Shown piece by piece: positions 18,577-29,500 of a DNA stretch of 64,000 nt (position 1 is its first letter; each line of letters opens with the position of its first letter). The stretch comes from a virus, in IMG/VR virus record IMGVR_UViG_3300019776_000252, positions 10,704 through 74,703 of that record. One strand, written 5' to 3'. Below the pieces are notes generated by a model, which was not told where the DNA came from, did no database searches, and saw only the letters and a program-made list of their open reading frames with translations. The position numbers were made by a program, and so were the translations under genes.

Positions 18577-18587
18577 GGAATTGAATC

Positions 18588-20006
18588 ATGGGTCAACAAT
18601 ACAACGATCCCGCTGGTGGAACAGCTTCCACAGTAGGTAATCAAATTAACACTCAGTACTACCAAAAGCAGGCACTGATTGAAGCTCGCAAAGAGCAGTA
18701 TTTCAGCCAGTTGGCTGATGTGGTTTCTATGCCCAAGAACATGGGTAAGAAAATCAAGCGTTTCCACTACATCCCTCTGCTGGATGCACAGAACTTGAAC
18801 GATCAAGGTATTGACGCAAGTAATGCAGTTATCACCTTGGGTACTTATACCGTTTCGTTCACACGTTCTGTTCTGGCTGTAGCTAATGCTTCTAAAGCTG
18901 CTGCTGTCACGGCTATCAACGACAACGTTGGTTCTACTTTGACCGCTGCTGCTGGTGCTAATGACAGTGCTGGTGCTGGTTTTGCAACTATCACTCTGAC
19001 AGGTGGTTTGTCTGCTAAGTATCTGAACTCTACTAAGGCTGCTGCTATTACAGCTTACAAGACTCTGGGTGCTACTGCTACTCAAAACTCTGGTAACTTG
19101 TATGGCTCTAGCAAAGACGTAGGCACTATTGCTGGCAAGATGCCTGCTCTGTCTGAAACAGGTGGTCGTGTAAACCGTGTTGGTTTCAAGCGTAAAGAAC
19201 TTGAAGGCACCATTGAGAAGTTTGGTTTCTTTGATGAGTACACCCAAGAGTCTCTGGACTTTGATACTGATGCAGAACTGCAGATGCATATCAACCGCGA
19301 GATGATCAACGGTGCTAACGAAATCACTGAAGATGCTCTCCAGATTGACTTGTTGAACTCTGCTGGTGTGATCAAGTACGCTGGTGACGCTACTCAAAAC
19401 AGCGAAATCGGTGCAAACGATGTGGTTACTTATGGTGATCTGCTGCGTTTGTCTATTGATCTGGACAACAACCGCACTCCCAAGCACACCAAGGTGATTA
19501 CTGGTACTCGAATGATCGACACAAAGACCATTCCTGCTGCCCGTGTTGCCTACATTGGTTCGGAACTGCTGCCGACCTTCAAAGCCATGAAGGATCTGCA
19601 TAACAACCCCGCTTTCATCTCTGTTGAGAAGTACGCTGCTAACGGTACTACCGTTACTGGTGAAGTGGGTTCTGTTGATCAGTTCCGTATCGTGGTTGTG
19701 CCTGAGATGATGAAGTGGGCTGGTGCCGGTGCTGCTGTTACTGGTACTGCTCACTATGACAACGGTGCTTACTACGATGTGTTCCCCATCTTGGTGGTTG
19801 GTGATGAGTCCTTCACTACTATTGGTTTCCAAACCGATGGTAAATCTGTGAAGTTCAAGATTACCCACAAAGCACCTGGTGAAGCTACTGCTGACCGTAA
19901 TGATCCTTACGGTGAAACTGGCTTCATGTCGATCAAGTGGTACTACGGTTTCATGGTTCTGCGTCCTGAGCGTATCGCTCTGTTGAAGACTGCAGCTACT
20001 CTGTAA
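18588..20006 (+). CDS. Major capsid protein (N4 gp56-like) with an insertion
   Basis: [47 protein letters not shown]. Confidence 0.95.
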   Translation: MGQQYNDPAGGTASTVGNQINTQYYQKQALIEARKEQYFSQLADVVSMPKNMGKKIKRFHYIPLLDAQNLNDQGIDASNAVITLGTYTVSFTRSVLAVANASKAAAVTAINDNVGSTLTAAAGANDSAGAGFATITLTGGLSAKYLNSTKAAAITAYKTLGATATQNSGNLYGSSKDVGTIAGKMPALSETGGRVNRVGFKRKELEGTIEKFGFFDEYTQESLDFDTDAELQMHINREMINGANEITEDALQIDLLNSAGVIKYAGDATQNSEIGANDVVTYGDLLRLSIDLDNNRTPKHTKVITGTRMIDTKTIPAARVAYIGSELLPTFKAMKDLHNNPAFISVEKYAANGTTVTGEVGSVDQFRIVVVPEMMKWAGAGAAVTGTAHYDNGAYYDVFPILVVGDESFTTIGFQTDGKSVKFKITHKAPGEATADRNDPYGETGFMSIKWYYGFMVLRPERIALLKTAATL

Positions 20007-20021
20007 TCGTCACTTGTCCGT

Positions 20022-20054
20022 AAGGGGGAGTGGGCAACTGCTCCCCTTTTATTT
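20022..20054 (+). terminator. Terminator after MCP
   Basis: GGGGAG...CTCCCC followed by TTTTATTT. Confidence 0.85.
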
Positions 20055-20076
20055 ACCTCCCAATTAGGAATTCGCA

Positions 20077-20655
20077 ATGTCTGATATTGATACCGATGAC
20101 ACCCTTCCCGCAGTTGATGAACTGGCTACCTTGAAAGCTCGTGCTGACATGCTTGGTGTGAAATACCACCCTTCTATTAGCTTGGAAAAGCTACGTGAGA
20201 AGGTAAATGCTGCAGCAACTGCAGAAGATGATGCGGAAGGTACTGAAGAAGCTGCTCCTTTGGCTTCTGAACCTGTTGAAGAAACTCTCTCTGAGCGTCG
20301 TGCTCGTAAACGTCGTGAAGCCAATGAGCTTATTCGTATTCGTGTTACGTGCATGAATCCTGCTAAACGTGAATGGGAAGGTGAACTGTTTACTGCTGGT
20401 AATTCACTGGTTGGTTCATTCTCTAAATTCGTTCCGTTTGACAATGATGAAGGTTGGCATGTGCCACGAATCATCTTGAACCAGATTCAACAACGTCAAT
20501 GTCAGATTTTCCAATCTGTCCGTGATGAGCGTGGTAACACTACTCGCCGTGGCAAGTTGATTAAAGAGTTTGCTGTTGAGATCCTGCCTAGTTTGACTCC
20601 TGATGAGTTGCAAGATCTGGCTCAACGTCAAGCTATGTCTAAAAGCGTTGGTTAA
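20077..20655 (+). CDS. N4 gp55-like protein
   Basis: LKARADMLGVKYHPSI; RIRVTCMNPAK..W.GE motif; synteny. Confidence 0.8.
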   Translation: MSDIDTDDTLPAVDELATLKARADMLGVKYHPSISLEKLREKVNAAATAEDDAEGTEEAAPLASEPVEETLSERRARKRREANELIRIRVTCMNPAKREWEGELFTAGNSLVGSFSKFVPFDNDEGWHVPRIILNQIQQRQCQIFQSVRDERGNTTRRGKLIKEFAVEILPSLTPDELQDLAQRQAMSKSVG

Positions 20656-20676
20656 GTAACTGAACCCAGATAGATC

Positions 20677-22041
20677 ATGACCACTACCCCAATTACGATC
20701 ACTGACCTGACCGAAGAAAACATTTCCGGTGCAGGAATTTTTGATAAGTTGATGCGGGTAAACAGCCTGTATCTGCAGTCTGAGTACGATAAAGGGCGTA
20801 TTAAGGGTAGTGAGTACGCTACGGTCTATCTGGGTTCTTTAGATGCTGTTATGAGGACTTCTTTGGAGTTCCTCTTGCAACAGCAACGAGTTAATCGTGA
20901 AGCTTTGTTGATGGATGAACAAATCCTTCAAGCCAAAGCACAAACAGAATTGCTTGTTCAACAAAAAGCCAATGCTTTGGTTGAGCATCAAGTACTTCAG
21001 AACAATGCAGACAAGATTGCTGCAGATGTTCAAATTGCTCTTCAACAGAAGATTAATCTTGCTGATGAATTGACTACTGCTGCAGTACAACGTGAACACG
21101 TAGCTGCACAGACCTCTTTGACTACACAGCAGAAGAACAATCTAGTAGATGAGTTGCTTACTGCTGCTGCTCAACGATTGAATTTGACTGCTACTAAGGC
21201 CCATATTGAGGCTCAAGCTGCAGTTACTACACAACAACGTCTTAACCTTATTGCTGAAGCTAGTAATCTGGCTAAACAAGGTGACATGTTGTTGGCTGAG
21301 ACTGATAAGGTTAAGCAAGAGAAGACTAATCTTGTCTCTGCTAAGTCCCATACTGATGCTCAAACTGGTTTGGTTACCCAACAGACTGCTAATCTGGTGG
21401 ATGAACTGGCTACTGCAGCAGCACAACGAGGAAAGATCAATCAAGAGGTCAATAACCTGACTTCTCAGAAAGCTCTAACCGATGCTCAGAAGGAAGTGGC
21501 TTCTCAGCAGAAAACTAATCTGCAAGATGAACTGCTTACTGCTCAATCTCAGAGAGCTAAACTTGCTCAAGAAGTTACTAACATGGCTGCTCAGAAATCT
21601 GAGACAGATGCACGTACTACTTTGATTACTCAGCAGAAATCTAATGAATCATTGAAGGCTTTGAACATTCCCAAGGAAGGTCAGATCCTTGATGATCAGT
21701 CTTGCAAGCTTAAGGCTGAATACGATGTGCTTATCAATGAGAAAACCAAGGTAAGTACTGAAAACAGCTTGCTTACCCAGAAAGTTGCTACTGAAAAGGC
21801 TCAGATTCTCGCTATTGGTGTAGATGCTGATAGTGTGGTTGGACGCCAAAAAGCACTCTATAAGGCCCAATCTGATGGCTTCCAACGTGATGCTGAACAG
21901 AAAGCTGCTAAGTTGCTTGTGGATACTTGGAATGTTCGTCAAACCACAGATGGTGCTGAGTTGACAGGAACAAACCTAGACAACACAACTATTGGTAAGG
22001 CTGTTACTAAGTTGCTATCTGGTGTTGGAGTAGCTCCTTAA
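20677..22041 (+). CDS. N4 gp54-like structural protein with expanded coiled-coil repeats
   Basis: G.G.FD.LM...L..EY.KGRI.G.EY..VY N-terminus; G.Q..LY..Q..GF.RDAEQK C-terminus. Confidence 0.75.
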   Translation: MTTTPITITDLTEENISGAGIFDKLMRVNSLYLQSEYDKGRIKGSEYATVYLGSLDAVMRTSLEFLLQQQRVNREALLMDEQILQAKAQTELLVQQKANALVEHQVLQNNADKIAADVQIALQQKINLADELTTAAVQREHVAAQTSLTTQQKNNLVDELLTAAAQRLNLTATKAHIEAQAAVTTQQRLNLIAEASNLAKQGDMLLAETDKVKQEKTNLVSAKSHTDAQTGLVTQQTANLVDELATAAAQRGKINQEVNNLTSQKALTDAQKEVASQQKTNLQDELLTAQSQRAKLAQEVTNMAAQKSETDARTTLITQQKSNESLKALNIPKEGQILDDQSCKLKAEYDVLINEKTKVSTENSLLTQKVATEKAQILAIGVDADSVVGRQKALYKAQSDGFQRDAEQKAAKLLVDTWNVRQTTDGAELTGTNLDNTTIGKAVTKLLSGVGVAP

Positions 22042-22062
22042 CAGGAAACCTTGAAACTAATG

Positions 22063-22088
22063 AAGGGAGCTTAGTGCTCCCTTTATTT
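22063..22088 (+). terminator. Terminator after the gp54-like gene
   Basis: AAGGGAGC-TTAGT-GCTCCCTT followed by TATTT. Confidence 0.75.
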
Positions 22089-22101
22089 CTAGAAGAGTCT
22101 T

Positions 22102-24354
22102 ATGGGAATCTTTGATAGTCATACTAGAACGTCAGTAGGTACTTCGGTATCTAAGCTTATTGACACTTCAAAGATTGTCCCTTCTACCAAGACAGCACTT
22201 ATCAATGCTATTTTTGGTGATACAGGAAGCATTACAGACCATGCTTTAGATGGTTTGACTTCTGGTTTAGGTATTAAAGCCGAGCGTATGTACGATTACG
22301 CTAGTACTAAATACACCTATGGCTTACCTAAAGCTAACTTTATTTCTTCTGCTAGTGGAGAAGTAGCAATCAAGAACAGATTAACTTGGTTGTTTGGTCC
22401 TGACATAGCAATCAAGTATTACCACGTTGGTGCATATAACTTAATGCACCATGCCTATGCGTATCTGGTTAATAACTTGGCTTATGAATCTAGTACTGGT
22501 GAAGTTAATGCACTAACAAGTGAAAAAGGTACTAAGGTATCTTTTGTTAAATTAGTTGTAATAGTTAAAGAAGCCACTCTTGCTGAGAAGGCTAATGGTT
22601 CATTAGACCAATGGGAACTGGATGCTCCTTCATTTGAAGTTAATCCTAGTATCTCTCAGGATATTGCTCAACTTACTTATTCATGGGTTGAGGAAAGTAA
22701 GTCTAATGGTTCAACTATTAAGCTAACCAAGAAAGCTACTAGAGATATTCCTTTAGCTGCAGTAGATACTGACATAGTTCAGGTAAAACTATCTACTGGT
22801 GGCAATAATAAATACTTTAGTTATGTTATTGGCTCTGGAAGCTATCCAGAAGTAGATGCAATATTTAAGCCAGGATATGATGGCCTAGGCACATTCTTCC
22901 CATTTACTTACTTTAGATATAACAAGACTTCGATGAAAGGTCTTGAGGGAACTGATGGTTATAAAACCTCAGAGAAGATGCTTAAGTATTTGAATATTGA
23001 TTACAAAACAGTACTCAATTCAATACATGAGAATCCTCAGATTAATGATGTAGAGCAAGCCATGCTAGTTATGGCTGTACCTGCTAACAGTACTGATCCA
23101 GTAGAGCAGAAGTATCTATTTGACTTCTTTACCAAGGCATATAACGAACTAGGTTCTGGAATTGTTATTGGTGGCTCAGTTGGAGAGACAGACTCAATCT
23201 CTAGAGCCAGAGGAAACAGTACTCTATCTGCAGAGGAAGTAGCAATCTCTAAGGCTATGGGAGCATCTGTACCAAAGGTTTCTATTGTTATTAGAGACAA
23301 TAGATTTCAGATGGCTTTGGCTTTCCAGACTATTACTAAGCAACTTACTACTGGAACCATTGGTGAAGTTGGTTCTTATAAAGCAGTAGTAAGTACTAAG
23401 GATGTTGCGTATTCATACACCACAAGACAATATATTGGTCAGGGTGGGAAGTATGAGTTAATTCCCCACACATTTACTATTCCTGTTCCAGTTCATAAAT
23501 ATCAGAAGCAAATAGCTGACTATGTTTATGAAGAAGTGATTGTTTATGGTTTAAGACTTACCTATTACATCTACGATGTATTTACTACTGTAGGTGAATC
23601 CTCTAGTGATATTCTATTAATCCCTATTGATAAGTCTATTTCTGAGACTTATTCCATAGGAGAAAGAGAAGCTCTCTATACCCGTGGTTTAACCTTTGTA
23701 TTTAATAGCCGAGTTGATACTCAAGTAGAGTGGTATCAATCTGCAGACTTTATGCAATTTCTATTTGTAGTAGCTGCTGCAATGAGTTTGTACGATATGG
23801 GTACTACTTTGGCCTCATTAAGTACTATGACTTTGGCAGACTTTACTATGATGGTAGCCATGAAGTTAGTTACTTATGCAGCAATATCTGCTGGTGTTGG
23901 CTTATTTGTTAAAGCAGTAGGTGCTGAAACCGCATTTATTGCAGCAATGATTGCTGCTGTGTATGGTGGTTACGAAGCTATTAAAGCTGGTGGAATTAAG
24001 GGATCTCCTTTTGCTAAAGATTTACTAGACTTAGCTAGTAACATCAATAAAGGAATCTCTGTTTCCATTCAAAAAGATTTTGAGTTACTAGGTAAAGAGA
24101 ATGAGGCTTTCAATACTTTGGCTAAAGAAAAGGATGAACTCCTTAATAAAGCCAAAGAAGAATTGGATCAAACCTCAGTTCTGAATCCCTTGGTAATCTT
24201 TGGAGAAACACCCTCACGGTTGTATGATAGAACCGTACATTCCGGTAACATAGGGGTTATCGGGATAGATAGCGTTTCTTCGTTTGTTGAGGTCGCACTC
24301 ACCCTCCCTAAAATCAACGAAACTCTTGAAAGTAATTTATATGGGACAGTCTAA
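22102..24354 (+). CDS. N4 gp53-like virion protein with hydrophobic C-terminal segments
   Basis: MGIF....T.V.TSVS start, VEWYQS followed by hydrophobic helices; synteny. Confidence 0.75.
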   Translation: MGIFDSHTRTSVGTSVSKLIDTSKIVPSTKTALINAIFGDTGSITDHALDGLTSGLGIKAERMYDYASTKYTYGLPKANFISSASGEVAIKNRLTWLFGPDIAIKYYHVGAYNLMHHAYAYLVNNLAYESSTGEVNALTSEKGTKVSFVKLVVIVKEATLAEKANGSLDQWELDAPSFEVNPSISQDIAQLTYSWVEESKSNGSTIKLTKKATRDIPLAAVDTDIVQVKLSTGGNNKYFSYVIGSGSYPEVDAIFKPGYDGLGTFFPFTYFRYNKTSMKGLEGTDGYKTSEKMLKYLNIDYKTVLNSIHENPQINDVEQAMLVMAVPANSTDPVEQKYLFDFFTKAYNELGSGIVIGGSVGETDSISRARGNSTLSAEEVAISKAMGASVPKVSIVIRDNRFQMALAFQTITKQLTTGTIGEVGSYKAVVSTKDVAYSYTTRQYIGQGGKYELIPHTFTIPVPVHKYQKQIADYVYEEVIVYGLRLTYYIYDVFTTVGESSSDILLIPIDKSISETYSIGEREALYTRGLTFVFNSRVDTQVEWYQSADFMQFLFVVAAAMSLYDMGTTLASLSTMTLADFTMMVAMKLVTYAAISAGVGLFVKAVGAETAFIAAMIAAVYGGYEAIKAGGIKGSPFAKDLLDLASNINKGISVSIQKDFELLGKENEAFNTLAKEKDELLNKAKEELDQTSVLNPLVIFGETPSRLYDRTVHSGNIGVIGIDSVSSFVEVALTLPKINETLESNLYGTV

Positions 24355-24937
24355 TTACACATTCCCCTATACCGAGCCAACGCTTAATTTCTCCCTAATG
24401 GGTAATAAGTGGGCTGGTAGGAACGCTATTGCTGATGCCAATTCTGTAATGGCTCCTGTTGCATTGGCCCCTAGTGCTACACCTTTTCAAACACCAGTAA
24501 CAGATGCAACAAATGCTTCTTTTACAGGAGCTTTTAAGCCAGAAGCATTCGGTGCTATCGGTGATGCAGCTAAAACTTATGGTGCTGGATCTGGTGGTTG
24601 GCTTCAAAGTCTTAGCAACTGGGGTAAAGAAAACGGTATGTTTACGCAAGTAGACAAGAACGGTATGAAGACTACTGGTTTGTTGGATTATGGAATTGGT
24701 TTGGGACAAGGTTTGCTAAACACTAAGATGGGTTTGGATTACCTAAACCTAGCTAAACAGTCTCAACAAAGTCAGCAAGAACAGTTCTGGACGAATCACA
24801 ATAACCAAGTGAAGACAACTAATGCTGAACTTACTGCACGTAGGGAACGTCAGTTGTCAGCTACAGATCCTAACTTGTCTGCTGATCAACGTAACCAGAA
24901 GGTTGCTGAGTACATGTCTAAGTGGGGAGTTTCCTAA
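24341..24937 (+). CDS. N4 gp52-like virion / ejection protein
   Basis: Gly-rich segment then coiled coil (N.EL..R...Q.S); synteny; start moved to ATG 24341. Confidence 0.7.
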   Translation: MGQSNYTFPYTEPTLNFSLMGNKWAGRNAIADANSVMAPVALAPSATPFQTPVTDATNASFTGAFKPEAFGAIGDAAKTYGAGSGGWLQSLSNWGKENGMFTQVDKNGMKTTGLLDYGIGLGQGLLNTKMGLDYLNLAKQSQQSQQEQFWTNHNNQVKTTNAELTARRERQLSATDPNLSADQRNQKVAEYMSKWGVS

Positions 24938-24939
24938 TC

Positions 24940-26484
24940 ATGGCATATACGCCTATTACTTGGCAGAACATTTCTGCACCTAATCTTACTGATGTAGCCA
25001 ATATTCTTGGTAATGCTCAGAAGAGTTTTAATAACGCTCTTTCTAGTGTCGGTGATGTAGTTAAGATGCGTAATGCTACTGAGGACTCCAATTGGCAAGC
25101 TCAGAAAGCAGTAAACACTAACAACTTTATGAGCACTGTATTAGGTGCTAATACTGTTGATGACTATAAGAAGTTGCAAGAGTCTGGGACTCTTAAGAAT
25201 CTTCTTAGTGGTGCTGGTGCTCAAATTGATTCTGCTGCTGCAATGAAAGCAATGGATGAACGCATGGGTACATTGCAACAACGAGGTCTTACGGCTATTG
25301 ATTACAACAACAAGACGTTGGACAACGAGCAAGCTCCTTTGCGTGATCAGATTGCTTCTCTTACTGCTCAAGGCAAAACAGGTGAAGCACTTGCATTGGC
25401 TAATGCTCATAACGAATTGCGTAACAGAGCTACTCTGTTTCAAGGCATTGACACCAAGAACCAAGATCTTGTTAATCGTGATCGTGCTACTACTGAGTTT
25501 GGTTGGAAGACAGAGATGCATCCTCTGGATATTGCTGCCAAACAAGCAGGTATTGATGCTAGTCGCACCTCTACTGCTCTTCATGGAGTACAGCTTAAAA
25601 CTGCACAGAATACGCTTGCTGATCAGACTGAAACCAGAAAGCTTGAAGGCATTCTTGCACAAGCTGCTTCTCAGAATGTGGCTGAAAAAGCTGCTCTTGG
25701 GCAAGTACAGGGTAGGTATGCTGCTGCTAATGGTTTAACAGTTAATTCTCAAGGTCTTCCAGACTTTGAGAATTACACCAAAGACCAGATGATTAAGTTT
25801 AATGAGGTAGCGAAAAAGAATGGCATTCCTGGTTCTGCTGAGTACCTAACTGGAGACACTAAACGAGCCAATAGTTTGTTTGAAACCTTAACTAAATCTA
25901 GTGGAATCAGTCCTCGCATTCTTAAAGCCAATGAGCAAAACATCCGTGGAGTATTTAATACCTCTATTACTGCCAACACTCCAACTGGCAATGATGCATT
26001 GAAGGCAGCTACTGATACTGCTAGTAATAAAGTCATGTTTGACCGTTTGGATGAAGCTAATTGGTATGCTCCAGGCAGTGAAAATGCTCGTAAGCAGTAT
26101 GAGAAACTAGCTACTCAAATAACACCTACCCTCAAAGGAATGTCTAATGGTATTTGGTTTGGAGACAATACCAAAGATGCTGATGCTATTCAAAAGATGT
26201 TGGGTGAAGTTGCATCCGTTGGTTTGAAAAACAAAAACGGAGAGATGGTTACTCCTTCTGCAAACGATGTTATGCGGTTTATTCGTGATAGCAATACACG
26301 AATTAATGCTTGGACTGGCTTTACAGATAGTGGTAGAGCAGATGCTATTAAAAGTGCTTTGCAGGAGTGGATTGATACTCCAGAAGCTCTTAAGATGCAA
26401 ATGGATGGTCTTGCAAGCCAGAAGTTTCAAGATAATGAACGTAAAGCTCAACTAATCCGAGAAACTCTATATCCTAAAAAGTAA
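24940..26484 (+). CDS. N4 gp51-position ejection protein
   Basis: PITWQNI N-terminal motif, helical, directly before vRNAP; start moved to ATG 24940. Confidence 0.7.
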   Translation: MAYTPITWQNISAPNLTDVANILGNAQKSFNNALSSVGDVVKMRNATEDSNWQAQKAVNTNNFMSTVLGANTVDDYKKLQESGTLKNLLSGAGAQIDSAAAMKAMDERMGTLQQRGLTAIDYNNKTLDNEQAPLRDQIASLTAQGKTGEALALANAHNELRNRATLFQGIDTKNQDLVNRDRATTEFGWKTEMHPLDIAAKQAGIDASRTSTALHGVQLKTAQNTLADQTETRKLEGILAQAASQNVAEKAALGQVQGRYAAANGLTVNSQGLPDFENYTKDQMIKFNEVAKKNGIPGSAEYLTGDTKRANSLFETLTKSSGISPRILKANEQNIRGVFNTSITANTPTGNDALKAATDTASNKVMFDRLDEANWYAPGSENARKQYEKLATQITPTLKGMSNGIWFGDNTKDADAIQKMLGEVASVGLKNKNGEMVTPSANDVMRFIRDSNTRINAWTGFTDSGRADAIKSALQEWIDTPEALKMQMDGLASQKFQDNERKAQLIRETLYPKK

Positions 26485-26496
26485 TAGGTATTCAAC

Positions 26497-26541
26497 GATA
26501 ATACGGGGAGAATAGGAAACTATCTCCCCGTTATTATTTTT
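26497..26541 (+). terminator. Terminator/attenuator hairpin before vRNAP
   Basis: CGGGGAG-A-ATAG-GAAA-CTAT-CTCCCCG followed by TTATTATTTTT. Confidence 0.7.
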
Positions 26542-26553
26542 GAAGGTCTACCT

Positions 26554-29500
26554 ATGGCTGAAGACTACCGTGATTATTTCAATAACAAGCTTTCTCAGGA
26601 ACTAGCAGCTACCTCTCAAAAGTTTGGTAGAGATACCCGTTTCGCTGATCTACAAGCAGCCACTAATGAAAAGATTGCACAACTCGGTATTCTCCGAGAG
26701 GAAGCAATTAAGCAACGGGAGATTGACAACCAATCTTGGGTTAAGAAACTTGATCTAGATCCTAATGGCCTAGCTGCTGATATTGCCAACATTGGAGCAA
26801 GTGTTTATCAGGGTATTTCCAACAATATTGTTGGTCCTACTGTAGCCCTGCCTCATACTGTTGGGGCTATTCTTGATCAAGCTCGTCTTACCTCTGCTGA
26901 ACAAGAGGCTTATACCCGCTATAAGCAAAACCAAGCCACACCAGAAGACATTGCCATGTTGAACCAACGCAAGGGTGTTTACACGCCTTCTGCAATGGAA
27001 CTGGCTAGGAATGCTGAAGATAATCGTAAGACTGCTACTGATATTCGAGATGCATTCAATCGGGATGAGGTTATTTACAGTGCTGATCGTAGGAAGCTAT
27101 CCCAAGATCTGGGTCAAGACTTTCAATCTGCATGGGATCAAACTGGTTTAGAAAACCTGTTCACCAAAGGTAAGGAAATTGGTGGAGCAGGAGATGTTGT
27201 TTCTGGTTTAGCCAAACTGATCTATAACGCTGGTAAGGCTGCTGTTAATAATCCCGCAGCTTCTATGCAGTACATGGCAGAAAACCTGCCACAGATGTTC
27301 GTAGGTGGTGCTGGTAAAGCTGGTTCTGCAGCATTGGCTTTAACCAATGCCCAATATGGTGCTGATCTGTACTTCAAGAGTGTCCAGAAGTACCAAGCAG
27401 ATAACAACGGAGCAATGCCCCCACCTGAGTTAGCTCAATCCTTGGCTTTACAAGCAGCAGGGGCTGCTGCCTTGGAACATGCAGGTGAGCTTGGACAACT
27501 TAAGGCTGCTGGGAAGATCGGTAATGCAGCTACAGAGGCTACTAAGGCTGAAGCTACCAAAGGCTTCAAGGAAGCCATCCTAAACGCTGCTAAACCGCTT
27601 GTTCCTGGTATTAAGGCAACTGCTGCAGGTATGGCAGATGAGGCTATTACAGAAGGTGTTCAGACTTACCTTGAGGGTAATCTGGACTTTAAGCCAGCTA
27701 CAGCCAAAGATATCTATGAAGGTGCTGCTATTGGTGGTATTTCTGGTGGTGGTTTGTCTGGTTCTCATAAAGTAGTCCAGCAACTCACGGGTACTACTGA
27801 AGAAGCTATTGCTAAAAAGAAAGAAGACTTCATTGCTGCTGTTGGTTACGCTCAGAACGTAAAAGACAACAATGCTGACTTCTACCTGACTCCTGAGAAT
27901 AATGATCCTGTCAAGGCTATGAAGGTCTTGTTTGATCATGCTCAGTCTGATGCAGCTACTCCTGAAACCAAGGTTCAGAACTATGCCAAAGCATTGGAGA
28001 TCTTGGATCAGATGGAAAGCGAAGTTGCTAAGAAGCAATCTATCTTGGACTATGCAGGTGAGACTCGGGAAGAGTTAAACCGAGCTATTGAGAGTGCTAC
28101 TCAACAGCTTCAAAACCTTGATCTAAATCAACCAGATCAAGCTAAAAAAGCAGAAGTGTTTCAAAATGCGATTGATGAACGTCAAGCCGCAATTGAGCTT
28201 CAAGACGGTGGTACAACCGCAATACAGCGTCAACAAGCGGAGGTAGACGCTAGTAATAAAAAGATCAAGACTGCAACTAACCTTCAGGTTCAGCTTGCAA
28301 ACACCACGAAAGTTTTGGCTTCACAAGAGCAAGTTAATACAGATATTTCTGTAGCTAACTCTCCGGTGAATATTGCTGACCCTGCCTCTATTGATGCTGC
28401 AACAAAATCAATAGAGAGGGTAATCCAAGTGACTTATGCGTCACCAGATAAAGTGTCTCCGCAACAGGCACTAGCAATTGCAGATAACATGGACAATGGC
28501 TTAACAGAGCCACAGCGTACATATCTAAGGGAGTTTTCCAAAGCACGTATTGAACAAAACCTACTCGAAACTACTGAGTCGGTTAATAGCACCATCCTTA
28601 ATGGTTCTAAGGCACATAAAGGTGTTCTTACTTACCAAGCCCAGATTGGTGATGCATTACTGAATAACGACTTTGCTCGTGCAACTCGTTTGGTTGGTTT
28701 GCTGAGTAACTTCGCTAATGACCATACTCAAAAGGCAGAAGTTGCCACAAAAGCACTGGAACAAGCCATTGCTACCAAGCGTTCTGTGCAAGTCATTAAG
28801 ACAGCAGGAAGCAACGGTACTTGGCAGATCAATACTGGTAAGCCACTTGGTCGTGATGAGATGGCTGCAATGGGTGGTGTTACAGCACATCCTAATAGCC
28901 CTAAATCTCGTGCATTGATTGCCAGTATTCCATTGGAAGCCAAGATCCTTCAATCTACTCATGCTGCTCAAGTGGCAGCTATGAACTTGAGATTTGCTGG
29001 TTCTACCGCCTCCGCTACTCCCGCAACACAGACTACGGCTACGCCTTCGTCTGTTGCTCCCGTAGCGTCGGCTGTTCCTAAAACTACAGTAGAATCCCCA
29101 ACTCCCAACTCCCCTATAAATAATCAATCTGAGAACAAGTCAGAGGATGCTGCACGTACTGATATTACATCCAGTACTTCTGCAGGGACAGGCTCACTCC
29201 GTGAGCCACTGACAGATCCAGTTAAAGATACAGCTAACCTAGCTAAACACCAGCCCCTGGTTTCAGATCGTAAGCTGGAAGTACTGAACGATGTTCAGAG
29301 AGCCAAGCTAGAAGACGTTCTTCAGAAGCTTGCTGGTTACTACGGTAATCAGATCAATAGCGTCACGTTCTACATCCAAGACAAACTGGATGCCAACGGT
29401 AAGCCTGAACTAGCTGCAGCCTTTATTGATGACAAGGTTCAAGCTATTGGCTTGCATTCTTCTCTATTCGGTACTTTTAACCTTACAAGTGTCACTGATG

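Noticed and set aside
18573-19868. 431-aa ORF antisense to MCP, and the many other antisense ORFs in the track
   Set aside because: Shadow frames from codon bias; no RBS or recognisable motifs
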